A stretch of DNA of 64,000 bases from Mytilus edulis (lineage: Eukaryota). Shown piece by piece: positions 23,296 through 34,659 of the stretch. A model generated the notes under the pieces. The model searched no databases. It was not told the origin of the DNA and saw only the letters and a list, made by a program, of their open reading frames with translations. The DNA is taken from the NCBI RefSeq assembly GCF_963676685.1, contig NC_092344.1, positions 104,160,001 through 104,224,000 on the forward strand. Direction: 5' to 3'. Positions within the stretch are counted from its first letter, which is position 1, and the number at the start of each line of letters is the position of its first letter. The position numbers were made by a program, and so were the translations under genes.

Positions 23296-24295
23296 GCGAT
23301 GTTTCTCAGCCTACTTTGACAAAGTTCAACTAAACTGATTGCTAAAATCGAATTTGAACTTCACTACTTCACTTTCATTAATGATTTGACAAAAACAAAT
23401 CATATATAATTGTTTTTGTTTATCTCATAGCAAGTGCCCCTTTAAGGAATATTTCTCATACGGCGGAGAGTAACTTTGATATGTAGACCAACAGAAAAAA
23501 AAGAATTACAGGTGTTTGGGTTTAACATCCTCTTCCTTTTCTTTTTAAGCTCACCTTGTCCATGGCTGATATGACTAAAACAGAACATAGAGGAAAATTC
23601 AAGTTTTGTCTTTTATCTTCACACCACTACAGGTAGACAAGATTTGTCAGGTGCTTTAAAAATCGATCACACATACTTGCAAATAGAATAAGTTAAAGTA
23701 CGAAATCGTCATTCAACTCCTTATAAAGATAATGTCCGGTTAGATTTCCCCCAATTTTTTGCGTTTTTTTACCTTTTACTTTTAAAAGATTATTGCTGAG
23801 ATCATCAGTTGACCCCTTATAGGAGTAATTTCCCTTTTTATACCACAACTTCTGCCTTTAAAATAAGTGAACGTAGCCGAAATCGTCAGTCGACGTCTTA
23901 TAGCATATCATAAATATGAGGATTGATATTTTGTACGCCAGACGCACACAACGTCTACAAAAGACCATCCAGTGACGCTCGAATAAAAAAAACCAGTTTT
24001 AAAACCAAATAAAGTACTAAATAGAAGAGTCGTTGCCCAGGAATGACAATTTCTTGTTTTTTTTACGATGAATAGCTAGAGAATCTTTAAACAGCAATTC
24101 AATATTAGTGAAATCGTTGGTCAACTCTTAAAGAAGTTAGTTCTTAAAAGATAATATTTACTATATTTTTTTATGGCTCAATATCTTTAAAAATTTAATC
24201 GATAGATAGAAACTGTACAAAGTAAAAATAACATGACAAACGTGGTAATTATTTTTGTAGGCAGAAGAGAAGACATTGATTGAAAATAGGACACC

Positions 24296-27200
24296 ATGAA
24301 TTTCTTCAGAAGAATCGTGAAGCACATGAAGGGTGAGGAAAATGCGACGCAAGATATTGATGACACTCCACGTAAGGACGCTTGTACTTCTTCGATCACA
24401 ACACAGTACTACAGGAGGTCAAGAAATACTTCAGATGAGACATCAATTAATGCACTTAGGTTGTCTTGTGTTCCCGGTGATAATGATGTTCATGGGATGT
24501 CCCTTGATCACACTTTAAAAGTTGCCGATTCTCACCAGACTACATCTCGTACCGGTAAGTCTGATTTATATGGTCTCGATTGGTCTCAAATTCTCATTAA
24601 GGAAGATTCCAATGAAGATACACTAAAATATGGTAAAAGCACTGCATTCGGACGCACAGATTCTGTTTCAAGTAATGTTGACACTAGTTATGACATGGTA
24701 TATGGAGCTTTAGAAAATGATAAAACTAACAAAGAAAACCTTAGGCATTCAGAGTCAATAGACAGTCCATTTTGTAATGATGTCAACAGCCGAGAAATTA
24801 ATAAAGAAGTTTCTGGAAAGCTAACACTTAATTCTTCTAAAAATGATATACCAAAACAAGCTACAACTATAAAAGATGCACTTGAAAACCAAGAGCGCGA
24901 TAAAAATAAACTATTAGATGCATCAACGTCTACGAAACCGAAGGTCGAAAGTTTTCATGATCGTTTCAAAACATCAGTTCCTCAAGAAAACCAAATAGAC
25001 GAAATACCAGGGAAAACAAAGTCACACATATCAACTAGTAGTAAAACACAAAGTAATATCAACTGGACATTTCAGACAGAAAGAAAAAATCATAAATTGA
25101 CAGAAAGACCGAATGAGATGATGTATCATTTACCAACAGAAACATATCGTGGTGAAAAAATCCCCCACAAGAATGTTAAAGTTATATATAATGACAATGT
25201 TACAAGTTCATCAAATGTTAAGCTGATGAAAGAAACTGAAGAAACAGAAACGAAATATCCATTTAACGTCTTAAAATCTTCTAGATCGAAGGAAAATGTT
25301 GCATTAGAATCAAGTTTGAACTACAGAGAAGAAAATGAAGTGTTAACTAGCAATGACAATTTACCTAACACATTATATGATCAACTCTGGTATTCCACTT
25401 CAAAGCAGAATACATCTGAAATACGGACTAGTCCATGGAAAGACAAAGAAATAATTGCGGGCATTGGAAGATTGAAAAACAACATGGATTTATCTTGTGG
25501 AAGGAAGCAATCAAATGCAAAGAAAACTAATGAAAAATTTTATTTGAATATAAAATCCGATGATATAGAAAGGAACAAACAAGTCGGGAAGATGTATTCA
25601 CAAAATGAAGTCGCCAGCCAACTAAAAGCAGAAGAAAACGTTGTTAGAACAACCAATGTTGAACACTCAAGTCATGTCATTTCCGCCGGAGACAACAATA
25701 GTTGTATCAGCTCACAGGCTGAAATAAAACTTGACACATGCGTCGATATGCTTGAAAAGTTAGATTGTCGTTTTGAAACGACAGAAGTAGAGGATGTTAC
25801 AAAGACTACATGTGACGCTAATAGTTGTATCGAAAACAATGCTGTTCAGTATCAAGAAACAATTGTTGATATGTCAGGAGTAAACACGAGAGAAGTTGGA
25901 GTTGGAATGATTAATGGCAACAAAATATATCAAAAGGAAGAATATTGTGTTAAACCGAAAATAAACATGCGTGATTCTACTACCACGGACCGTCTTGAGA
26001 AAAGATCTCAAATGTCACTAGGCAAGACTTGTAATGAAGTAATGGATTTAGAATTTTCTAAACTCGTAATAAGGGACGTTGTTGCTACTGGTGATCTTAA
26101 TGCTAATATTCAGCCGCCTGCTGAACATACACAGCTTTATTTTTATCATGAGAGGGATACGTCAAAAACTAGTCATAGCACTTTAAAAGAAGAATTAAAT
26201 TTAAATGAATATGATGCATCGACAGTTACTTTAGGTACAGAAAATATAAACAGCGGTGCGGCTAAAAAGGTAAAAAGCGTCAACGACGATGTAATAGAAA
26301 GGGAAATATCTACTGAAAATACATTAAATGGTTCTGAGATAAGCAGCACTGTTGAAATGAAAGAACCAAAACGCAAAATTCTTAAAGAAGATATTTATAA
26401 AATTCCGAAGGAAAATACGTTGGCACAACAATCTTGTACTGTTAAAACGAACAATCGAAGTATTGTAGCCAGCTTTGAAAGTAAAACTGACAGCATACAG
26501 GTTGAGCAAGAAATAACACCATCTAAAGGCAAAGAGCAAGAAAATGATGTATCCGGCATGTTGAAAAGTGAATGTAGAAAACAAAAGCCAATTGAAGAAG
26601 TTTGGACTTTAGAAAATGACGTTCACGATGGCCCTCGTATTAAGAAGCAGCCTAGTTTGGTTAAAGCTAATACAAAATCACATTTGAATGCAGTATCTGT
26701 TGACATAGAAATGAAAAAGCAAATGGAGAAATTTGATCTGCGAAACGAATCCGTTAATAAATCTGAACAGGGTCGACAACCAAAAAAGAACATTTCCGCT
26801 ATTAAAGACACTCAAACTAATATCAGTCCACATGATCAAATTTCCGATAAAACCAGACAACAACCATTTTCCATAAGAGATGATATACACGGAACTGTAC
26901 TACAACCGTGTAAAGAAGTGGTAAATAAAACAAATCGCTATTTGACAACCGAGAACGTCACAAAACCTAAACATGGTGTCAGCAGTTGTATTGAAACACA
27001 TTCTGTCGAATATCAAGAGATATCAAGATCATCTAATATAAGTGAAAAAGGTTTTCGAGTGAACAATGAAAATGTTGATGGTATAATCTGTCAAAATCAT
27101 AAATGCAATAGTTTATCGAATTCGAAACCATATGATGTGTCCAATCAGAAGACGTTGGTTGAGGACTTAACGAACATGTCAAGTGGTCAGGTGTCTAAAC

Positions 27201-30200
27201 ATGTATCTGAATTTAAAATATCTACTGATGAACGGAAGAATGTTATTGCGTCTTGTGATTATGACAGTACTGTACAAACGTCTGTTGAACAAAAACCAAA
27301 AGGTAGCTGTCTGGAGTATGAAAAACTTAAACCAAAGCTATCAACAGCAGAATCAATTGAACAGGAGCCTGCATCTACAGTTGCTGTCACTTTAGAAAGT
27401 GAAAATATAGTTCAGAAAACTGAAAAGAAAAAGAATTATGGAAAGGACGAACCAATAAAGAAAGAAACAACTACTGAAAATGTTAGGAAGCCACAGAAAT
27501 TAATTCTTGAAATTTTCAGTTGTGAAAATTGTGACTACCAAAGATTTTTGCATGATAGAATAGGAAGTCCAGTTAAATTTATTATTGAAGACATTATCAA
27601 GAAACAAAATAGTACAAATCTAGTTGTTAAGTTTCCGAGTAAAACATTGAGCAGAAAGTTCATTGAAATAATGCATTTACGCAACTGTGAGTACAAGACT
27701 ACTGTTAAGTGTCATTTCTACGAAGAAAAAAGTCAAGGAAACAAAAGACAGAGTAATGCGAAAGCAGATGCATCATCCAGAAATAATTGTGAAGAAGATG
27801 TGTCTAGGGAATTGACACCAGAAAAGCAGAAAAAGCCAAATGATCAGAGTCGAAGTCAAATTAAAATTTTGTCGGCAACACAATCTACTGCTTGCAAAAT
27901 TGACAATCAGAGAATCCAAACCAATTCTGAAAGCGGAACAAGCGGTTATCATGCAAAAAGAAAAGCATCTAAAGGTGGAAGGTGTGATATGTTTAAAGAA
28001 ACTGAAATCAAAACTCAGATTTTCGAAAGGTCAAGCTCAACAAATGAACATAAATACAGCTGTGTATCAAAAAATCAAATTTTCATAACCAAAAGAGAAA
28101 AACAAGTAAAAGAAGAGACAGCTAACGTGTCAAGTAATTACCACTCTAGCCAAAATTTACAAAGCCTTGAATCTGAAAAAGACAAGAAAAGTTTACAATT
28201 CAATACATCTCATATTAAGATTGTACAAAAAAAACTTTCAAATTTGGAAAGTGGCCTTGTTTCGCAAAATAATGTGGTTGGACACGATAATCACAGGGAA
28301 ATGAGTGAGGCAAAGTCGAAATTTAGACTTACTGACACAGGAGCAATTGTAAATAGGGAGTGTCCAAATAGTGAGATAAAAGTTATACAAAACATGAATA
28401 CAAGTAAAACAAATAGTGAAATTACACTGAACACATCCTTGACTGTTAATGAACCCGATGACAAAAATAAAATCAAGAATCCAGACTCTTCAGTTAATGC
28501 AGTGGCTGAAAAGAAAGTGAACACGATACAACTCGGTCAAGGCAATAAAAAATGCAAACCACAATGTATTGAAATCGAAATCTATAACCTTTCAAGGAGA
28601 GAATCAAATTTGGAAAGATTTTTGAATTTCCGACTTCAAAAGAAATTTGAATTTAGTATCAAGAGTAGGGAAGAATTGCAAAATGTGTATTTTTTATCTG
28701 TTGAATTCCCCAGCACAAATTCTTCAAAGAAAGCTATGGTATTACTCGAGAAGAGTAACACACTGACTGGAACCTACATTAAATGTCATATCGACAAGAA
28801 AAGAAAACAGGAGATTCAACAAAAGTTGCGAAATAAAAGGCTATCGGATATGGCAAGCCAACTAGCAGATGTTGCAAAACAATATCTTGACAATCACGAG
28901 ACACAACATAAAGAATTGACAGCGTGGTTAGGCAAGTTTACGGACAAGAAGAAAAAATTTGAACCAATAGACAGCTATAATAAAAGGAAGAAAGAGAAGG
29001 AAACATTAACTTCAAAAAAGAAAGAAATGGAAAGTCAAAAATCTGAATTCCTATCTTTTATAAAGTCATTCCACTGCAAGTTAGAAAAGCTTAAAAACTC
29101 TTCTTTTGATGAGCAGGAATTGTTTGAGCTCGAAACAAGTTTCAAATCTGAGTGTAACAGATTTGACGCTGCACTTCCCATATATGCATGCAGAACAGAA
29201 ATTTGTACAACGATTTATAAAGATCAAACATCCATTATTTTAGGTGAGACTGGATCAGGAAAAAGTACACAAGTCGTTCAGTATCTATATCAAACAGGCA
29301 TGTATTCAAAAGGAATTATTATTTGCACCCAACCCAGAAAAGTAGCTGCAATTAGTCTGGCGACTAGAGTTGCAAAAGAGATGTCTTCAAACGTAGGTAA
29401 CTTGGTAGGATATCAAGTCGGTATGAACTCCAAAAAATCAAAAGATACCAAAATCCTATACGTAACAGACCATGTGCTTCTTAATGAATGCCTGAGAGAT
29501 CCCCATCTGTCAATGTTTTCTTGCATAATCATCGATGAAGCCCATGAAAGAAGCATTTTCACAGATCTTTTACTAGGAATGATAAAAAAATGTCTACCGT
29601 CTAGGCCAGACTTGCGTGTTGTAGTAACATCTGCTACTATCGATCCAGATGTGTTCGTTCGTTTTTTTGGAGAATGTCCAGTACTGTCGGTTTCCGGTAG
29701 AACTTTCCCTGTCGATCTGGAGTGGTCAGAAGAGGCATTTGATGATAATTATGAAAAAAGGACATTAGAGAAAGCTATCGATGTCCACCTAAGAGAAGAC
29801 AAAGGAGATATATTAGTTTTCCTAACGTCCCCATTAGAAGTCGAAAAAAGTTGCAAACAATTTGAAGAAAAACTTCGAAACTATCATAATTTTATATGCC
29901 TTCCTTTACATGGAAAATTACAAGCAAACGAACAACAGCGAGTTTTTAACCCTGCACCACATGGTAAACGAAAAATTGTTTTTGCCACAAACAGTGCTGA
30001 AACTTCTATTACAATACCAGGAATCAAGTACGTTGTAGATTCCGGTCGAATAAAAGAAATGCAATTTGATCCTAAAAAGAACATAAGTTCATTAGTTGTA
30101 ACATTGGTGACACAAAGCTCTGCAAATCAAAGAAGTGGAAGAGCTGGAAGAACCGCTCCCGGGAAATGTTTTAGGCTTTATTCAGAGAGTGAATATAAAG

Positions 30201-33200
30201 AAATGAATGTATGTTCCACTCCGGAAATATTACGTGTTAATTTAGGACAGGCAATCCTAAAGCTCATGGAATTAGGTGTTGATCCTATATCATTCGATTT
30301 CGTAGAATCACCTCCAAGGGATCAACTTACTAATGCTATGGAAACGCTTGTGTCAATTGGTGCAGTATCAGATGGAATACTGACAGACATTGGAAAATGG
30401 ATTGCAAAATTACCTTTTGATCCTATATTTGGAGCATTTATACACGATGCAATTGAATGTGATGTTGGTATCGAAGCTTTAATTTTAACAGCCTGTTGTG
30501 GCTCTGGAGGGTCGCTCTTTTACCGATCTGGTAATCTAGAAGAGAAAACAAATGCGGATAAAATGAAAATTAGATTTTCTCATCTGGGTGGCGATGTCAT
30601 GACAATGTTGAATGCATATAGAGAGTGGCATATCCAACCGGAAAATTCTAAGGGTAAATGGTGTGCACAGAACTATGTAAATGGGAAAACGATAAAAGCC
30701 GTGAGAGAAACTGCTACCGAAGTGCTGGCAATTCTTCGCAAGGAATTACAAATTAAGTTGGAATTCAAGTTAAGTGATCCAGAAAAAGTCGACCTCATGT
30801 TACAAAAAATGATATTCAAAACTTTCAAACATAATATATGTCACTATTTAGGACACGAGCGAGCTGGTTATCATGTTATACATAAAGCACACGATGTTTG
30901 TCTATTTCCATCTTCATCCTTGCCGTCTCTTGGACTGAAGCCAGAATGGTTAGTTATTGAACAAGTTTTACATATAAATCGAGACTATGGTGTCAATGCT
31001 ACACCAGTACCAATTGAGTGGATAGAAGAAGGATTAGAAGAAGGTTGGCTAAAAACTTTCGATATGGAACGAGTTGAAAGACAAAAAGTAAAGTGTCTAG
31101 GTGCTTACGGAGTGGGAGACCAAACTTTTAGAGGTTTTGTTGGACCTCGCTATGCAAATGTGAAGGACTTGGAGATGAAACTTAAGGAGATTGCAGATGG
31201 AAGTATTGTTATACTCGATACAGATGGTAAAAAGGGCGAAGTTTGCCTCTATTCTACAAATTACTTGACATCACTATTGATTCAGCATGTTGAAAATACA
31301 TTGAATGCTTTGAGAACAAAATTCAAAGATGAGAAAAGTGAACAGTATTTGAGTTCTTCAAATCAAGGAACGCGTGTAGTTATATCAGCAGGTTGTAACG
31401 TAGCAGATGTTCTCATGCCAGACGAATTCAAAACAGTCATAATAGTCGGTGATCCTCTCGACACGCAGTGGCTTACTGAAGAAGATATAAGAAATGAGTT
31501 TGAGTTATATGGTCAAATTGAATACATTGAGAAGTTTTATTTTACCAAGAACAAGAGAAACTGGGGAAAAGTTACCTTTAAGACTACCGAAGAAGCTGAA
31601 TATGCAGTAGAAGAATCGAAAGAAGAAGAGATATGTGCTCGACCAACTGGAAATACTAGACTCCAAAATGAACATCGTTTTCGTGTAAAGTTTGAATGGT
31701 GTCGTCGTAAATCTACTGGGTCAGCCTTTGTAGAATTCAGCGAACAAAGAATTGCTGATAATATACTCCGTGACTGTAGGTCATTGTTGATAGGAGGAAC
31801 CAGAGCTGTACTGAATTCTAGTAACAAAGGTGGAAGTCAAATATTTGTTAATAATTTAAACATATTTGTAAATGAAGCAGTATTAAGGCATAGCTTTGTT
31901 ACAAAGTTCCATCTTGGCGATAATCATATCGTTGCAGCTTCGTTTATTCGCGAGAGGGTTAAGACTTCTAGAGCAGAATTTGCACTTATCCAACAAAGAC
32001 TCCGTGCACATCTACAAATGCATGTTAAGGAAGGAAAATATGATCTTTTTGTAAAACCAACTAAGGATCAGGATTTCACTTTTCTTGCCTTTGCATCTTT
32101 TTCAAAGGTAGAAGAAGGACAAAATGCAAGTGCACAGGTGCAGCAAAACTTTAGACCTAATGGTGAAGTTGTGAACACATCAATAACTCTTCAAGCATCA
32201 ATTCTTGTTTACAAGGCAATATTTGAAAAGTGTAATGACGTCATCTTTAAATCTATTTCTTCTCTGAATCAAGAAGATGGGATTGAAATACGCCACAAAA
32301 TTATGAGAAATGGAAACTGTAAACTTGATATGAATTGCGACCATGTTGAAACTTTACGCAGGGTCAGAAGAAAACTTGACAAAATTGTTCAAGGTAAAAG
32401 AATGACGAAACAAGAATTTCCAAATATACAGGAACTTTTCACAAGAGCTGGGAAATATGAAATACGCAATATCATGTCACAAACAAGCTCGTTGATAATA
32501 GACGATTATCGAATACTAGAGATTTCGATTTACGGCGAAAAGGAGAAGCGAAACAATGCATACACGCTTTTAACGGAGTACTTATATAAATTGAGTCAAG
32601 GTATTAACCGAAATTTATCGCTGAAAGGAGCAGATAAGCCATTTGGTGTTATAAAAGAAATGTTTTCACGATTTGATATAGATTTGGGGAAAATGAAACG
32701 TGATATCGGAGGTCTTTATTGTTTGCAGATTGAATTGCGTCATCATAATATTACTATTAATGGCACGTCTGAAGCTGTTGAAAAAGCAATTGTCGAAATC
32801 AATAATGTGATTGATCATTTACGAGAAGCGCAAAATTGTGAGCACATTGAAAACGAAGAACACCAATGTGCTATTTGCTTCATGGAAATTGAAGATGGGG
32901 AAATGTACCGTTTAGAATCTTGCGGTCACCCTTTCTGTAAAACTTGCATTGTTCCACAACTGGAATCAGCAGTTGGTAACAGCGACTTTCCTTTGTCATG
33001 CTGCAAAGAGGCGTGTGATGAATTATGGTCATGGAAGGACATTACTAAATTATCATTGCAGTCAGGAATGACAATTAACAACTTAGTCAATCGAGCCACT
33101 AGTTCTTATATTGCAAGAAATTCAAATGAATATAGATATTGTTCTTCGCCAGAATGTCCTAGTGTTTATCGCGTGACAAAGAATGTCAATGAATTCAGTT

Positions 33201-33511
33201 GTGGTGAATGCGGGGTTAGGATTTGTACAGCTTGCCACACCCAGTACCATGATGGTATATCATGTGACAATATGAAAGAATTAAAGGAAGATACTTCTGG
33301 AATTGCAATATGGCTAAGAAAAGACCCCAATAATCGTAAACTGTGTCCCGGCTGCGGTTTACCAATTGAAAAGTCATCTGGTTGCGATCATATGGAATGT
33401 ACCAAGTGTCGGAGACATTTTTGCTGGGTATGTCTTGCACATTTTAGTTCTAGTGGGGATTGTTATGGTCACCTACGTAGGGAACATGGTGGATTTGGAG
33501 GTGGATACTAA
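24296..33511 (+). CDS. DEAH-box RNA helicase - RRM/KH - RBR E3 ubiquitin ligase (DEAH11/DEAH12-like), 3071 aa, single coding exon
   Basis: GETGSGKST (29243), TQPRKVAA, DEAHER (29534), SAT, ATNSAETSITIPGI, QRSGRAGR; RRM-like WGKVTF and GSAFVEF; RING1 CAIC...CGHPFCKTC (32867), IBR, and RING2 CPGC...IEKSSGCDHMECTKCRRHFCWVC. An acceptor TTTTTGTAG at 24260 suggests a 5'-UTR intron. Confidence 0.92.
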   Translation: MNFFRRIVKHMKGEENATQDIDDTPRKDACTSSITTQYYRRSRNTSDETSINALRLSCVPGDNDVHGMSLDHTLKVADSHQTTSRTGKSDLYGLDWSQILIKEDSNEDTLKYGKSTAFGRTDSVSSNVDTSYDMVYGALENDKTNKENLRHSESIDSPFCNDVNSREINKEVSGKLTLNSSKNDIPKQATTIKDALENQERDKNKLLDASTSTKPKVESFHDRFKTSVPQENQIDEIPGKTKSHISTSSKTQSNINWTFQTERKNHKLTERPNEMMYHLPTETYRGEKIPHKNVKVIYNDNVTSSSNVKLMKETEETETKYPFNVLKSSRSKENVALESSLNYREENEVLTSNDNLPNTLYDQLWYSTSKQNTSEIRTSPWKDKEIIAGIGRLKNNMDLSCGRKQSNAKKTNEKFYLNIKSDDIERNKQVGKMYSQNEVASQLKAEENVVRTTNVEHSSHVISAGDNNSCISSQAEIKLDTCVDMLEKLDCRFETTEVEDVTKTTCDANSCIENNAVQYQETIVDMSGVNTREVGVGMINGNKIYQKEEYCVKPKINMRDSTTTDRLEKRSQMSLGKTCNEVMDLEFSKLVIRDVVATGDLNANIQPPAEHTQLYFYHERDTSKTSHSTLKEELNLNEYDASTVTLGTENINSGAAKKVKSVNDDVIEREISTENTLNGSEISSTVEMKEPKRKILKEDIYKIPKENTLAQQSCTVKTNNRSIVASFESKTDSIQVEQEITPSKGKEQENDVSGMLKSECRKQKPIEEVWTLENDVHDGPRIKKQPSLVKANTKSHLNAVSVDIEMKKQMEKFDLRNESVNKSEQGRQPKKNISAIKDTQTNISPHDQISDKTRQQPFSIRDDIHGTVLQPCKEVVNKTNRYLTTENVTKPKHGVSSCIETHSVEYQEISRSSNISEKGFRVNNENVDGIICQNHKCNSLSNSKPYDVSNQKTLVEDLTNMSSGQVSKHVSEFKISTDERKNVIASCDYDSTVQTSVEQKPKGSCLEYEKLKPKLSTAESIEQEPASTVAVTLESENIVQKTEKKKNYGKDEPIKKETTTENVRKPQKLILEIFSCENCDYQRFLHDRIGSPVKFIIEDIIKKQNSTNLVVKFPSKTLSRKFIEIMHLRNCEYKTTVKCHFYEEKSQGNKRQSNAKADASSRNNCEEDVSRELTPEKQKKPNDQSRSQIKILSATQSTACKIDNQRIQTNSESGTSGYHAKRKASKGGRCDMFKETEIKTQIFERSSSTNEHKYSCVSKNQIFITKREKQVKEETANVSSNYHSSQNLQSLESEKDKKSLQFNTSHIKIVQKKLSNLESGLVSQNNVVGHDNHREMSEAKSKFRLTDTGAIVNRECPNSEIKVIQNMNTSKTNSEITLNTSLTVNEPDDKNKIKNPDSSVNAVAEKKVNTIQLGQGNKKCKPQCIEIEIYNLSRRESNLERFLNFRLQKKFEFSIKSREELQNVYFLSVEFPSTNSSKKAMVLLEKSNTLTGTYIKCHIDKKRKQEIQQKLRNKRLSDMASQLADVAKQYLDNHETQHKELTAWLGKFTDKKKKFEPIDSYNKRKKEKETLTSKKKEMESQKSEFLSFIKSFHCKLEKLKNSSFDEQELFELETSFKSECNRFDAALPIYACRTEICTTIYKDQTSIILGETGSGKSTQVVQYLYQTGMYSKGIIICTQPRKVAAISLATRVAKEMSSNVGNLVGYQVGMNSKKSKDTKILYVTDHVLLNECLRDPHLSMFSCIIIDEAHERSIFTDLLLGMIKKCLPSRPDLRVVVTSATIDPDVFVRFFGECPVLSVSGRTFPVDLEWSEEAFDDNYEKRTLEKAIDVHLREDKGDILVFLTSPLEVEKSCKQFEEKLRNYHNFICLPLHGKLQANEQQRVFNPAPHGKRKIVFATNSAETSITIPGIKYVVDSGRIKEMQFDPKKNISSLVVTLVTQSSANQRSGRAGRTAPGKCFRLYSESEYKEMNVCSTPEILRVNLGQAILKLMELGVDPISFDFVESPPRDQLTNAMETLVSIGAVSDGILTDIGKWIAKLPFDPIFGAFIHDAIECDVGIEALILTACCGSGGSLFYRSGNLEEKTNADKMKIRFSHLGGDVMTMLNAYREWHIQPENSKGKWCAQNYVNGKTIKAVRETATEVLAILRKELQIKLEFKLSDPEKVDLMLQKMIFKTFKHNICHYLGHERAGYHVIHKAHDVCLFPSSSLPSLGLKPEWLVIEQVLHINRDYGVNATPVPIEWIEEGLEEGWLKTFDMERVERQKVKCLGAYGVGDQTFRGFVGPRYANVKDLEMKLKEIADGSIVILDTDGKKGEVCLYSTNYLTSLLIQHVENTLNALRTKFKDEKSEQYLSSSNQGTRVVISAGCNVADVLMPDEFKTVIIVGDPLDTQWLTEEDIRNEFELYGQIEYIEKFYFTKNKRNWGKVTFKTTEEAEYAVEESKEEEICARPTGNTRLQNEHRFRVKFEWCRRKSTGSAFVEFSEQRIADNILRDCRSLLIGGTRAVLNSSNKGGSQIFVNNLNIFVNEAVLRHSFVTKFHLGDNHIVAASFIRERVKTSRAEFALIQQRLRAHLQMHVKEGKYDLFVKPTKDQDFTFLAFASFSKVEEGQNASAQVQQNFRPNGEVVNTSITLQASILVYKAIFEKCNDVIFKSISSLNQEDGIEIRHKIMRNGNCKLDMNCDHVETLRRVRRKLDKIVQGKRMTKQEFPNIQELFTRAGKYEIRNIMSQTSSLIIDDYRILEISIYGEKEKRNNAYTLLTEYLYKLSQGINRNLSLKGADKPFGVIKEMFSRFDIDLGKMKRDIGGLYCLQIELRHHNITINGTSEAVEKAIVEINNVIDHLREAQNCEHIENEEHQCAICFMEIEDGEMYRLESCGHPFCKTCIVPQLESAVGNSDFPLSCCKEACDELWSWKDITKLSLQSGMTINNLVNRATSSYIARNSNEYRYCSSPECPSVYRVTKNVNEFSCGECGVRICTACHTQYHDGISCDNMKELKEDTSGIAIWLRKDPNNRKLCPGCGLPIEKSSGCDHMECTKCRRHFCWVCLAHFSSSGDCYGHLRREHGGFGGGY

Positions 33512-33791
33512 TTTGTGTATTTACTGTTATTGTACGAACTCTGTGTTTGATCAAAATCAGTGTACGCATTTCCACAGCATAGGAGAGTAATAACATATTG
33601 TAATTTTCTTTATGAAATTGACATAGTGTTTTGAGAACACTTAGCATTTTGAATGCCTGCATGATGTATAAAGTGTTCTCTGTGATATTCGCATTCATAA
33701 TTTTGTGTCTTTAATGTATTGATTTTTATTTGAGCTGAGCAATTTAAAAAAGGCTCGTTACACAGTGAGGTATTTTTGCTAAAGTTCGTGG

Positions 33792-33951
33792 CAGGGGCGG
33801 ATCCAGCCATTTTAAAAAGGGGGGTTCCCAACCCAGAGTAAAAGGAGGGGGCGGGGTTCCAACTATATGCTCCCATTCAAATGCATTGATCGTTCAAAAA
33901 AAGGGGGGTTCCAACCCCAGGACCCCCCCCCCCCCCCCTGGATCCGCCAAT
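33792..33951. mobile_element. Short GC-rich MITE (GGCGGATCCAG type)
   Basis: GGCGGATCCAG / CTGGATCCGCC inverted ends with G and C runs. Confidence 0.65.
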
Positions 33952-34566
33952 GCGTGGGAAGGCAAAGTTTGCTTAAGAGGCATAGCCAATTTCCTCTGTA
34001 TTTATTTTTCTCTGATGCCTGGTCAAAAGAGGTAAGCATTTTGAACGTTTTGGATCTTGAGTATCAAAGTTGGAAATCATATATTGCTAAGTCTTTTTAA
34101 CAATTTTACAATGTTGGAGACAATTTTTACATAAAATAGGCAAATATTAAGGGAACGCTGTTTTATTCGTAATTTTTTTTCAGTTGAAAAACATCAATAT
34201 AAACCCAAATGAATTTGAATTGAAACACAGAACACAACAGTACTTCCGATTTCTGTTAAAACAAATATTCTTATTGTTTATTTTAAGGTGGTATGGGGAT
34301 AAAATACCTGGGATTTGACATAAATCTGTCTTACTACAGTTTTTGGTCGTCATTTTATATATACTAGTCATACATTTTTTTGGTAAAATCCGCACTGTTA
34401 AGAACTGCAAAGTACAAACATGAAGCTGCGACAAAATAAATAAGTAAATCTTAAATGGTTATGCTGTGAAACGAGCTTGGGGAACATATACTTGCTAAAT
34501 CCTATTTTTCATGGTTTTACGGAGTCTAATCAAACTAGCTCTTCTATTCTCTATCTGTTTGTTTGG

Positions 34567-34659
34567 TAGTCCGAGATTACTCTGACGTCCAACGGCTGTT
34601 TTGCCAGACAAGCTTGGTCTGGCAAAACAGCCGTTGGACGTCAGAGTAATCTCGGACTA
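34567..34659. mobile_element. 93-bp pure-palindrome element, TAGTCC..GGACTA, 9-bp TSD TTTGTTTGG (AcademH-like)
   Basis: Perfect ~43-bp arms; TSD at 34558-34566 and 34660-34668. Confidence 0.85.
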
